Positions 47,490 through 58,100 of a stretch of DNA of 64,000 bases are shown here, piece by piece. Positions within the stretch are counted from its first letter, which is position 1, and every line of letters begins with the position of its first letter. A program made the translations under genes and the position numbers. The notes below the pieces were generated by a model. It made no database searches, was not told the DNA's origin, and worked only from the letters and a program-made list of their open reading frames with translations. The stretch comes from Candidatus Paceibacter sp. (lineage in GTDB: Bacteria > Patescibacteriota > Patescibacteriia > S139-126), in the NCBI GenBank assembly GCA_020724865.1, contig DYGA01000002.1, positions 12,032 to 76,031 on the forward strand. The letters run 5' to 3'.

Positions 47490-48935
47490 TTAGGGGGTAT
47501 TTTGATTGCCAATAACTATTACAAAATCAACTGGTTGCTTGTTCATTTGTAAATTTGGTTCTTGGTTTAATTTTTCTTGAAGTTCAAAAGGCAGCTCATC
47601 TTGAATAATTGCGCCTAATGATGATATTAAATAATCTCGCGAACTATTTTTATTTTTTTCAGTTAAATCATAAGCAATAGTTCGTTTCCAATCTCTAGTT
47701 GGGGCATTACCGGTAGCTAAAACTATATAACCGGCTTGGGTAAGAGTTTGCGAGGTTTCCGCTGCCAAGCCGGTGATATTGGTGCCATTGTAAATTATTA
47801 CTGTGCTAGCTTCATCTTGGATATTAGTTGTTGCGAAAATGTTATTGAAAAATTCATGAATTTTGGTCCAATCATTTCCGCGCGGACTTAAAACGTAAGC
47901 TCCAGTATCAGATATATAAGAATAGAGTAAACCGTCAGGGCTACTGTCTAATACTTTGTGAATTATATCTTCTGGTTTAATATTCCTACCCAATTGAGCC
48001 AAGCGTAAGGCTTCAAAAGCGTTTAAATTGGTATCAATATTGTCGGTGAGATTATTATATAGATCGTTGATTTTAATTGGGTTTAGCAGGGTACCGGCTG
48101 ACATAATTTTATTTTTTACAGCTATAAGTAAATTCATTTGTCGTCGCGAGCGAGAAAAATCTGAACCCTGACCATTGTTACCGTGTCGTGAACGTGCGTA
48201 TTGTAAAGCCCGTTCTCCATTCATATGTTCTATCCCTTTATTAAAAGATATAGTTTGGTAACCGTATTCATAGTCAGGATATTGATTGTCTGTAAAACTG
48301 TTTTCAATATTGACATCAACACCACCTAAATCATCAATAAGTTTTTTGAAACCATTGAAGTCAACTCTAATAAAATAGTCAATCGGTTGACCAATAACCT
48401 GACTAACCATTTGCGAACTAAAGGCTGCGCCACCGCCGGGATAGTTGTTACTTTCACCTAAAGCATTGGCACTATTTATTTTCCGCCAACCGTAACTACC
48501 CATATCTACATATAAGTCTCTGGGAATGGAAACCATCGCTAGTTGTTTGGTGGTAGTTTTAAAACTAACAACAATCATTGTATCAGTTAAATAGGCGCCG
48601 TCATGACCTTCACCGCCCATGCCTAACAGTAAAATATTAACCCGATCTCTTTGTTCGGCAGAGCTTAGTTTGTCGGCATTGGTAAACAGATGTTTAAAAC
48701 CAGCTAGCCAAGAAAAGTCATTTAAAGTGGCTCCCAGTGGGGTGGCAGAAATACGAATGTAGACGAACAGTGAACCTAAAAAAATCATTAAAGCCATAAC
48801 AAAAATAACACCTTTTATCAAACCGCGCCTAGAGTTAGATGGTTTAGTGATTAAATCACTTGTTTGATTAGCGTCGGAATTTTCGGTGTCAGATTTTAAA
48901 AAATCCAATTGTATGTCATTGTTTTGTTTAGACAT
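47490..48935 (-). CDS. LytR-CpsA-Psr (LCP) family cell-envelope phosphotransferase
   Basis: N-terminal TM; LCP core NILLLGMGGEG...DTMIVVSF...AMVSIPRDLYV; C-terminal LytR_C-like region. Confidence 0.8.
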   Translation of the reverse strand: MSKQNNDIQLDFLKSDTENSDANQTSDLITKPSNSRRGLIKGVIFVMALMIFLGSLFVYIRISATPLGATLNDFSWLAGFKHLFTNADKLSSAEQRDRVNILLLGMGGEGHDGAYLTDTMIVVSFKTTTKQLAMVSIPRDLYVDMGSYGWRKINSANALGESNNYPGGGAAFSSQMVSQVIGQPIDYFIRVDFNGFKKLIDDLGGVDVNIENSFTDNQYPDYEYGYQTISFNKGIEHMNGERALQYARSRHGNNGQGSDFSRSRRQMNLLIAVKNKIMSAGTLLNPIKINDLYNNLTDNIDTNLNAFEALRLAQLGRNIKPEDIIHKVLDSSPDGLLYSYISDTGAYVLSPRGNDWTKIHEFFNNIFATTNIQDEASTVIIYNGTNITGLAAETSQTLTQAGYIVLATGNAPTRDWKRTIAYDLTEKNKNSSRDYLISSLGAIIQDELPFELQEKLNQEPNLQMNKQPVDFVIVIGNQNTP

Positions 48936-49182
48936 AATTGTTGTTCGTATAGATAAGTCTATATAATAATACCTAAGAAACAGATATTAGGTCAATATAA
49001 ACATTTGCTTTTTTGTGATATTTTAAGTATTATAGCAACGACTTGAAAAGAGACCGTTTTTATTTTACACTTAGAACACTTTATGTAGCACACTTTATGT
49101 TTGTTTTTTGGAAATTTATTTAAGCATGGGTCAGTGGTATTTATTTAACAAATTTTCTTATTTTGCAGATTAAGTTTATTTT

Positions 49183-49259
<77 letters not shown>

Positions 49260-49349
49260 GTATTAAATTTAAATAAGAACAATTTTGACCATAATTTATT
49301 TAGCCAGTTAACAAAAATTATCAATATTATTGATAAAATATTAAAATTT

Positions 49350-49946
49350 ATGATAAACGACAAAGAGTTAAACAACGTTGCAAATAAACAGAAAGTCAAA
49401 GAATTTATTTTGGAAATAATTAGAATTATTGTTATTTCTGTAGCTATTATCGTGCCAGTTCGTTATTATTTGATTCAACCCTTTTATGTTAAAGGAGCCA
49501 GTATGGAGCCGAATTTTCATGATCATGAGTATTTATTGATTGATGAAATCTCGTATCGTTTTCGAGAGCCAATGCGGGGGGAAATAGTAGTTTTTAAATT
49601 TCCTTTAAATACCAAGGAATTTTTTATTAAAAGGATAATTGGCTTACCTGGAGAGACGGTTGCTTTGCGAGACGGCAAGGTTTATATATATAATAATGAA
49701 AATCCAGAAGGATTTTTGTTGGATGAATCAAAATATTTGCCACCAGATGTTAAAACTCTGCCTATGGGTGAAAGTACATTTACTTTAGGGCGTGATGAAT
49801 ATTTTTTAATGGGTGATAATCGTGCCCGGAGTATGGATTCGCGCCAATTTGGCAGTGTTAAATCTGATTTAATTGTCGGTCGGACAATAATTCGTGGTTA
49901 TCCTTTTGATCGTTGGCAGACTTTTTTTACCACTTCTTTATATTAA
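49350..49946 (+). CDS. lepB: Signal peptidase I. The ORF-track start at 49224 overlaps tRNA-Val, so the start is more likely the Met at 49350.
   Basis: Catalytic Ser motif GASMEPNF; GDNRARSMDSR box. Confidence 0.8.
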   Translation: MINDKELNNVANKQKVKEFILEIIRIIVISVAIIVPVRYYLIQPFYVKGASMEPNFHDHEYLLIDEISYRFREPMRGEIVVFKFPLNTKEFFIKRIIGLPGETVALRDGKVYIYNNENPEGFLLDESKYLPPDVKTLPMGESTFTLGRDEYFLMGDNRARSMDSRQFGSVKSDLIVGRTIIRGYPFDRWQTFFTTSLY

Positions 49947-49952
49947 AAAAAT

Positions 49953-51320
49953 ATGATTAAAAAAAATACTAAAGAAGAAAATACAGAAAGAGTTGAAAAA
50001 TCAAAAAATCCTACGTTTCAGTTGGTAAGGGGCACTAAAGATATTTTACCTGATGAACAAAGTTACTTTCTCTGGATATTTGATCAGGTTAGGGCGGTGG
50101 CGAACAGTTATGGTTTTAGCTTGATTGAAACACCAATTATTGAAAAAACAAATTTATTTGTCAGAGGAGTAGGTAAACAAACCGATATAGTTGAAAAGGA
50201 GATGTTTTCTTTTACTGATCAGGGTAATGAAAATTTAACTTTACGTCCCGAGGGCACTGCCCCCGTAGCCAGAGCATATATTGAACACGGCATGGTTACT
50301 TGGCCGCAGCCAGTCAAGTTATGGTATTTTGGCAAAATGTTGCGCCACGAAAGACCTCAAGCCGGAAGGTTGCGCGAATTTCATCAGTTTGGTTTTGAGT
50401 CTTTGGGTAGTGATGATCCTATGATTGATGCGCAAATTATTTTCCTTAGTTATAAAATTATGAAACAGTTAGGTTTAGATGTATCAGTGGCTATCAATAG
50501 TATTGGCACAGAAGAATGTCGCAATCAATACAAAAAGGTTTTAGTGGATTATTTCCGTACTAAACGCAGTGAATTATCTGATGAAGCCAAAAAGTTACTC
50601 ACCAAAAATCCTTTGCGTATTTTAGATTCCAAAGATGAAAATTTATTACCAATTATTGAACAGGCTCCGCAAATTTTTGATTATTTAAGCAATGCCAGCC
50701 GTGAACATTTTTTAAAAGTCATGGATTATTTGGATGAACTTGATGTGCCTGTAATTTTGAAACCAACCTTGGTAAGGGGTTTGGATTACTATACTAAAAC
50801 TGTATTTGAAATTTGGTCTGGCGAAGAAGAAACATCCCGTCAATCAGCATTGGGCGGTGGTGGGCGTTATGATGATTTAGTTGAGTTGCTAGGTGGTAGA
50901 CCAACGCCAGCCGCGGGGGTTGCCGTAGGTGTCGAGCGAGTAATTAGTTTATTAAAAGAGAAAAACATTACTCCTCCAAGTGACTATCAGCCAGATATTT
51001 TTGTGGCGCAATTAGGCGAGGAGGCAAAGAGAAAAAGTTTGCTACTTTTTGAAGAATTACGTAGCGCCGGTATAAAAGTGGCAGAGAGCTTATCTAAAGA
51101 AGGCCTTAAATCACAGTTAGAAAAAGCTGATAAGTTGAAAGTAAAATATGCAATAATCTTAGGTCAAAAAGAAATTTTGGATGGAACAGTAATGTTACGT
51201 GACATGGAAAATGGCATACAAGAAGTAATAGATATGAAAAAAGTTGTAGTAGAAGTTAAAAAAAGGTTAGAAAAACAGATTCGTGTGCAAGCTGAACAAA
51301 TAAAAGAGGAAAAAGTATAA
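49953..51320 (+). CDS. hisS: Histidine--tRNA ligase
   Basis: Class II motifs (LRPEGTAP, RHERPQAGRLREFHQ, GGGRYD), C-terminal anticodon-binding domain. Confidence 0.9.
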   Translation: MIKKNTKEENTERVEKSKNPTFQLVRGTKDILPDEQSYFLWIFDQVRAVANSYGFSLIETPIIEKTNLFVRGVGKQTDIVEKEMFSFTDQGNENLTLRPEGTAPVARAYIEHGMVTWPQPVKLWYFGKMLRHERPQAGRLREFHQFGFESLGSDDPMIDAQIIFLSYKIMKQLGLDVSVAINSIGTEECRNQYKKVLVDYFRTKRSELSDEAKKLLTKNPLRILDSKDENLLPIIEQAPQIFDYLSNASREHFLKVMDYLDELDVPVILKPTLVRGLDYYTKTVFEIWSGEEETSRQSALGGGGRYDDLVELLGGRPTPAAGVAVGVERVISLLKEKNITPPSDYQPDIFVAQLGEEAKRKSLLLFEELRSAGIKVAESLSKEGLKSQLEKADKLKVKYAIILGQKEILDGTVMLRDMENGIQEVIDMKKVVVEVKKRLEKQIRVQAEQIKEEKV

Positions 51321-51414
51321 TGATTTTAGTTTGACAAATACCGGTAAAAAGTGTTATACTTAAAATAATTAATTAATTTAAAAAATAATTCTTTAGAAAG
51401 GAAGGTGTATTTAT

Positions 51415-51672
51415 CTGGTAGAGGTAAAAAGAAAAGAAAATGAATCTTTTGATCAATTTTTACGAAGGTTTACCAAGAAAAATAGAGATTCAGGCGTCTT
51501 GCTAGAAGCAAAAAAATTACGCTGGCACGAAAGAAAAAAAAATAAGCGGCAAAAAAAAGAATCTGCTTTACGCAAGATGAAAATTAATGAAAAAAAAGAA
51601 TGGCTTAAACGAATTGGTAAATTAGACGATTATACTGACAGCTTTGGTCGTGTAAAAATTAAAATAAAATAA
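51415..51672 (+). CDS. rpsU: 30S ribosomal protein S21, absent from the ORF track. No in-frame ATG/GTG/TTG start; the most plausible start is CTG at 51415 (9 nt after RBS aaaggaagg), or ATT at 51409.
   Basis: Translation ...VEVKRKENESFDQFLRRFTKKNRDSGVLLEAKKLRWHERKKNKRQKKESALRK... matches the S21 consensus (MPxIKVRENESFD.ALRRFKR...G). Confidence 0.6.
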   Translation: MVEVKRKENESFDQFLRRFTKKNRDSGVLLEAKKLRWHERKKNKRQKKESALRKMKINEKKEWLKRIGKLDDYTDSFGRVKIKIK

Positions 51673-51674
51673 AA

Positions 51675-52127
51675 ATGAATTTATCAAGCCAGTTGGAGCA
51701 AGATTTAAAAGACGCTTTAAAACAAGGTGATAAAGAAAAAGCGTTGACTTTGCGTATGTTGAAAGCTGGTTTGGTTAATGAACAGATAGCACAAAAAAAA
51801 GATAAAAATAGTTCTATTGCAGATGATGTATTCCTAGCAGTTTTAAAAAGAGAAGTAAAAAAAAGAAAAGAAGCTTTAGTCAGTTATGAGCAGGCAGGAA
51901 GAAAGGATTTGGCTGATAAAGAAAAAGCCGAACTTGATATCTTATTAAAATATTTACCAGCTCAGCTATCGGTTGAAGAGATTGCCAAGATAGTTGATGA
52001 TGTATTAGCTAATCTATCTGCGGGTGAAAAAAATATTGGTCAGGTAATGAAGCAAGTTTTAGCCAAAGTTGGTTCGCAAGCTGATGGTAAAACTGTTTCC
52101 GATATAGTTAAAAAGAAATTAGTTTAA
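51675..52127 (+). CDS. yqeY: GatB/YqeY-domain protein
   Basis: 150 aa; YqeY-like helical protein with a conserved N-terminus (L..DLK.A.K..D). Confidence 0.7.
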   Translation: MNLSSQLEQDLKDALKQGDKEKALTLRMLKAGLVNEQIAQKKDKNSSIADDVFLAVLKREVKKRKEALVSYEQAGRKDLADKEKAELDILLKYLPAQLSVEEIAKIVDDVLANLSAGEKNIGQVMKQVLAKVGSQADGKTVSDIVKKKLV

Positions 52128-52136
52128 ATAATTTCC

Positions 52137-55100
52137 ATGCAATTATTTTCTTTTCCGCAAAGCAGAATTTCGGAAAAACATTGTGCTTTTCCTGTTTTTG
52201 GTTCTCATTTTTTTAAATCATTTATAAATAATTTTCTAGCTACAATTATTTTGGGAGCTATTTTTTTTGTTCCTACTTTGGTTTCAGCGCAGGGTGTTGA
52301 TTTCGGATTGGGTTATGGCAGCGCAATTGGTTTGGGTACACAGGATATTAGGGAAACTGTAGCCAGAATTATCAAGATTGCTTTGGGGATTTTGGGCATT
52401 ATTGTTACTTTGATAATTATTTATGGTGGTTATGTTTGGATGACCGCGGGTGGTAGTGAACAAAAAGTTAGCTTAGCCAAAAAAATATTAATCAATGGGG
52501 TAATCGGTTTGGTTATTATTATTTTAGCTTACGCTTTGACAGTTTGGATTTTTAGAATAATTATTGGTGGTACGACTGGTGGCGGGAGTGGCAGTTGTGT
52601 TGAAGGTCAAATTAGCGGCTGTACCCGCTGTGTGGGCGGCACCTGGATATATGATGGGAGTATTCCTGGTTGTGTCTTGCCCGGAGCAGATTTTCGGGTG
52701 AAAAATATTCAAACAACTCACGGAGGAAATAACCCCGCTCAAGATGTTTATTTGTGTTCCCGGATACAATCAAATTTTAGCAATCGTATTGCTGCTCAAT
52801 CAGTAGCCGATGCTTTAAATGCTAATCAATTGAGAATTGATACCTTTGCTGGTAATTGGCAGGTGACCAGTAATGTTTTAACTTTCAAACATGATGATAA
52901 TTTATTTTCCATAAATACTGCCTATAGATTATTACTGCCTCGACAAGGTAATACCACACCATTGTTTGATCAAAACAACTTAAATTTAACCCAATGTGAT
53001 CCAATTGTGGGTTGTGCCAGTACTTTGGAGCATTTTACTTGGGATTTTGTTACTGGAGAAGATAATGATGATGTTGCTCCTGAAATAACCAATACTTATC
53101 CAGTATCTGATATAACCAGTCCAACTTATCCTGATCGTAATGTATCTCGTTCGCCAATAATGGAGGTAAATTTTTCGGAAAGTATTGATGCTACTTCAGT
53201 GGCTGATAGTAACGGTAATCCATTGGCTGGAGTAATAACTTTGGAGCGATTAAGCGATCGGGGAGGTAGCGTTGATTTAACTATACCTAACAATCAATTG
53301 GAAGTATATTTTACTAGCAATGGTTTTCGTTTTAATTTAATTGAACCAAATTTACTCGATAGTTTCCGTTGGTATCGAATTACTGTCCAAGGCGTAGAAG
53401 ATTTATGTGGTAATCAAATGGCTGCGCCCAGAGTCTGGGAGTTTCAAACCAATGACAGTTCCCCAGGGGTAAGAACTTGGTATCCTACCGGGACCAATCA
53501 GTGTTTGGATGTTGATGTAATTGTTGGTTTTAATAGTTCAATGTTTGATCAACAAGTTACTTTTGTTATTTCTGGCAGTGACGGCAGTGTTTATAGCGCC
53601 ACAATGAGACCATCCTTATTGGAACCAGGACCTTATCAGGTAGCTGGCAGCGGTGGTAGCTTATCCGTAGCTGATCCGGGGCAACCTTATAGTAACAATT
53701 TTAAATCTTTTGTTTTTAGAGCAAATAATGGTTGGCGCGCTAATACCACTTATTCTGTGACAATAACTACTGATTTAGTGATTAATACCAATGGTGATAC
53801 TTTGTCACATAATTGGAATTTTAGCACCTCGGATGCTGCTAGTTGTGTTTGTTCACCTTATATAATGTCGATTAATCCTAATCAGGGAATGGCCGGTCAG
53901 TGTGTGACGGTTCAAGGTAGATGTTTTACTGGTACTTCAGCTAAACCAGCTGAAATTACGAATGTATCAATTAATGGTCAAACTGTAACCGTTGGTGGTT
54001 CTGATAGTAATTATTTTACTACCAGCATTCCTGACAATTTACCAGTCGGCACGCAAGCGCCGGTGGTTGCCACTATTACTTATCAAGATCCAGAATTGGG
54101 GAGTATTACCAGTAATAACAATGTTAATTATTATGTTAATCAACCGGGTATATATAATGGTCCTTGCTTATGGTCAATAGTGCCATCACTTGGTTGCGCT
54201 GATACTAGTGTTACTTTAAATGGTATTAGATTTGGTACTGATCCGGGTAATTATCAAACTGATCAAAATAATGTAACTTTCAATTTAAACCGCAGAGCTA
54301 GGCAGTCAGATTTTAGTTTGTGGTCAGACACTTCAATTCGTACCCGGGTGCCTCAGGCAACAGTAGATGGTAATGTTTATGTAACTGCCAATAGTTTAGT
54401 AACCAATGGCGTGCCTTTTGATATGTCTTGTGGATCAGGAGGTGCCTGTTCGGCCGATCCTAATATTTGTAGTCCTAACCCCACCAGTTGCGCTGTTGGT
54501 TACGAATGTAATACTAGTTGTATTTGCCAAGCAGTAGGTGGGAGCGTAGGCGACCCTTGTTCTTCAGATCCCAATAGTTGTGTGCCAGACGATACTTTAT
54601 GTTCGAGTTCTTTGTTTTGTGATCCTAATAGTTGTACTTGTCAATCAAATGGTGAAACCACAACTCGATTTAACGTGATTGCTAATTGGCCGACTTGTGA
54701 AGGTGTGTGTGTAAATTCTGAAGTGGGTTTAAGATTTTCTACCAGCGTTGATCCGACTACTGTTACCAATGCCAATATTGCCATATTTGATTATCGGGAT
54801 AGTGGTTACACCCAAATGGTAGGCGAAGAACAAATTACTGTTTTCCTTAATTCTAGCACTAATGAAGTTTATATTTATCCCAACGGTGGTTTGTCTCGTG
54901 GTTATTATATGAGAGTGGTAGTTAGAAATGGAATTTTAAGTAGTAGCGGACAAACAATCCAGAATTTAAATTTTGATGAAGACGGTAACGGGGTAAATGA
55001 TAGTTATGCTTGGACCTTTAGTGCCGGTAACGAGACTTGTACTTTGACGGCAATAGAAAATAGTCCTGTCCTGATGACTTTCAATAACATCAACCAAAAT

Positions 55101-58100
55101 CAAACTATTTATGGCAGGGCTATATCCAGTCAGCAGTGCGGACCAAATCAATATGTCAATCCTTGGGATCATGATTGGAAATGGGAAGATACAAATAATG
55201 GCAATATTGCCAAAGTTACCAATCGAGATATAAATAATGATAATAAATATGATCCCGCTCAAACTGTTACTTCAATTGCAGCAGGCACTACGCAAATAAG
55301 AAGTGAAGTTGATAGTAATTTAACAGCTTTAAGTGATGTTATTGTTGGCAGTGGTAGTAGTGGTGTGGGGACAGTTTGCGATGCCGATCCAAATACTCCA
55401 CAGTGTGATCTAAATAATAACATCTGTGGCAATTTTGGTTTAGTCTGTGATCCTAATGCTAATTGTACCTGTCAGCAAGCAGGTTACACGCCTTTGACTC
55501 CCGGTGTGGTTAGTGTAATTCCTATTAATAATCAGACTGATGTTTGTCGTAATAGTATAGTTCAAGTCACTTTTAATCAAAAAATGGATACCGGTTCTAT
55601 TGTTTGGCAGTCCACATTCAAGATCAATGACAATGACCGTGATGATGTGAGAGGAAATTTGAATTTTATTACGGTCAACAATGGTGTCTATGGCTGTAAC
55701 AATCCTCAAGGTTGTACAGTGGTTAGATTTTATCCATCGCGAGCTTATGTTCAAAACAGTCTACACACGATAACACTGACTACTGGGATTAAAAATTTAT
55801 CCGGATTGTCACTACCTGCCAATTTTGTATCTAGTTTTACGACTGGTAGTCAGATTTGCAAAGTCAATACTGTTGACCTGCAGCCAAATTATCATTTATT
55901 TACCACTTTAAATGAGAGTGTAGTATATATGGCTACCGCTAAAGATTTACGCGGTGGTTTAGTAGCGCCAATCCCCGGTTTTTATGATTGGAATTGGCAG
56001 TGGGTCAAAGCTGATGATGATAATGTGGTCAATATGGAGGATGTTGGTAATCCTGACCGGAGAAATATTGTTGCCCAATCTAGTAATGGCCTAGCCAGAA
56101 TTAAAGCCACAGCAGAAATTACTACGGCTGATGTTTCAATTGGTGATAGTGTTGGCAGAAAAATTAGCGATAGTAGCGAGGCGGAAGTATTTATTTGCAT
56201 ATATCCTTGGCCAGCCACACCACCGATGCAGGATTCACAGTATGGTTTTCAAATGAAATATTGTCGCGGCAATGATAGCGCTAATTTGTTGGGTATGTTG
56301 TCAGATCCGACTAATTCTATTATTTCTCTTACCACTTCTGATCCAGATTTAGAAAGAGAATATTTATTTAATTATCTGGTTTCTTCTTTGCCCGTGGGCG
56401 GACAAACAGAACCATTTATTATCAGTAAATTACAAAGGTTTAAAATTGGTCAGTTATTAGTTTTATGGTGGAAAAACTTATTAGCTATGTTCAATAAACA
56501 GTCAGTTTGGGCACAGGTACCCCAAGATGTGATTGGATTGCGGATTTATAATAATCCTAATCGCTTGGGTCCGAGAGCTTGGTATGAACAAAAATCATTC
56601 CCCAAGGGTAATCCGCAAGATATTACTGTTGATGGATTTCCCGCCATAAAGGATGGTACTTCAGTTTATATACTTGGCCCTCGACGCGCGGGTTCAATTG
56701 AAACTTATATTTATGTTTTGTCTTACAATGATTTATCCAGTCAGAATAATATTGCCATTTTTAATCAGTTAATAAAAAATTTCCGTTTTTATACTTTAAC
56801 GCCGGAAGAAAAACCAGCCGTTGCAAGGGATTTAAAAAGATTGGCTGATGCCAGTTTTATAGCGACGCAATTAGAACGTTATAAAAATCGAACTGGAAAT
56901 TATCCAGCTTTGTCCGCGGGAAGTTATATTGCCGGCATGTCAACCAGTAAATGGCCTTCTTGGCAGGCTACTTTAGGAAACCAATTAGGTGTAAGTATTC
57001 CCAATGATCCAATTAATAAATTTGCCAGTTATTGCTCTAATAATCCCAATCAAAGTTGTTGGCAAAATAGTGATTGTGGCACTGGACAGTGTTTATCAGG
57101 TTGTGGCGAAGAGGCAAATCCTGATACCTGTTGGAACGAAGTGACTCAAGAATATTCTTGTCCGGCTGGTTCAGCAGTTTATCAGTACCGACGTTATGGG
57201 ACTAATGATTTTCGTATTGGTGTATTATTGGAAGTAAATGATTATGAAGCTTTGCCAACTTATTTAGATGTAAATGAAGCTTATTGTAATGGTACTATTT
57301 ATACTGGCGATGGTTTTTGCGGTGATGGCATAGTTCAAGCATCTTTAGGGGAGCAGTGTGAAGTAGGGCAACAAATTTTAGCCTGCAATCCTACTTGGCC
57401 CAATTATTACAATCCTATTTATCAGCAATGTGAATCAGATTGTAGTTGGCCTGATGCTCAAGTATCTACTTGTGGCGGTTATTGTGGTGATGGTGTATTA
57501 CAGTCAAGTAATGAAATTTGTGATGGCACTGCCGGTCTGGGAGGAGTAGGGCCAGCCACTTGTTATACTGATTGCAGTGGTTTTTATTGTAATCCCGGTT
57601 ATGTTTTAGTAGGCGGTGTTTGTCAGCTTGATTGGTGCAATCCTGCTACTCAGGATTGTTCTAGTCAAATACCCAATGGCAATGGTCAATATCAATCTTG
57701 TAATTATGTCAGTGGTAATTGGCAGTGGTCAGATTGTCAGGTAACCAGTTGTAACCCCGGTTATGTGATTAGTGGAAATAGTTGTGTTTTACCTCAACCC
57801 ACAGTAACTATAACTAGCCCAGCTAACAATACTAACGGCGGCAGTAGTGTTACTATGACTTTTGTAGTAAATCAAGGTGGGGTATACAACGTGCTGCGTG
57901 ACGGAGTGATTGTTTATACCACCGGTGTCAATGCCGGAACTTATACTTACAATTTTACTGGACTAACTGCTGGACCTCATGTTTTAGGAGTATCTATTAC
58001 CAATGCCAATGGCACTGGTAATGCGCAAATAAACTATACTGTTAATCCACCACCTCAACCCACAGTAACTATAACTAGCCCAGCTAACAATACTAACGGC

